Assembly (NCBI GenBank): GCA_018398765.1
Contig: JAHBMJ010000157.1
Location: 114,892-134,891, forward strand
Reading direction: 5' to 3'
Length of the DNA stretch: 20,000 bases
From: Chromera velia
Lineage: Eukaryota
Part shown: piece after piece, positions 20,000-20,000 of the stretch
How positions within the stretch are numbered: the first letter of the stretch is position 1
How the letters are laid out: the number at the start of each line of letters is the position of its first letter
Notes under the pieces: generated by a model
The model's input: only the letters and a program-made list of their open reading frames with translations
Databases searched by the model: none
Told to the model about the DNA's origin: nothing
Made by a program: the position numbers and the translations under genes

Positions 20000-20000
20000 A

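Larger units (their letters stand above)
8898..20000 (-). mobile_element. Giant Ty1/Copia LTR retrotransposon (GalEa-like), degenerate, 5' part beyond the window
   Basis: PR-IN-RT-RH order with Copia-type (RVT_2) RT and RNase H motifs, PPT and putative LTR. The reading frame is still open at the window end. Confidence 0.93.

Overview
Repeat-rich eukaryotic, probably alveolate/chromerid-like DNA (inferred from TGCATGCA motifs and CAGA/TTTC/CATT microsatellites), with no intact host gene evident. The left part holds a palindromic, possibly transposon-terminal cluster, a 51-bp minisatellite and a 5'-truncated, decayed non-LTR retrotransposon (about 1063-3818, + strand). Its RT has an unusually long insert before YADD, a C-terminal CCHC motif and an (ATTG)n tail. 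The middle (3.8-8.9 kb) is intergenic, with microsatellites, a CpG-free/CpG-rich boundary and a duplicated zinc-knuckle relic. The right half (about 8.9 kb to beyond the window end, - strand) is one very large Ty1/Copia LTR retrotransposon with GalEa-like motifs, in PR-IN-RT-RH order. Bridging 6 stops and at least 4 frameshifts gives a continuous polyprotein of over 3,300 codons (19999 to 10009). It carries four CxH(G/N)x5CxxC repeats, a Cys/His-rich gag-like region, an unassigned domain between IN and RT, and a ~250-aa extension after RNase H containing a canonical CCHC knuckle. The polyprotein ends directly at a polypurine tract followed by a putative 3' LTR with internal repeats.
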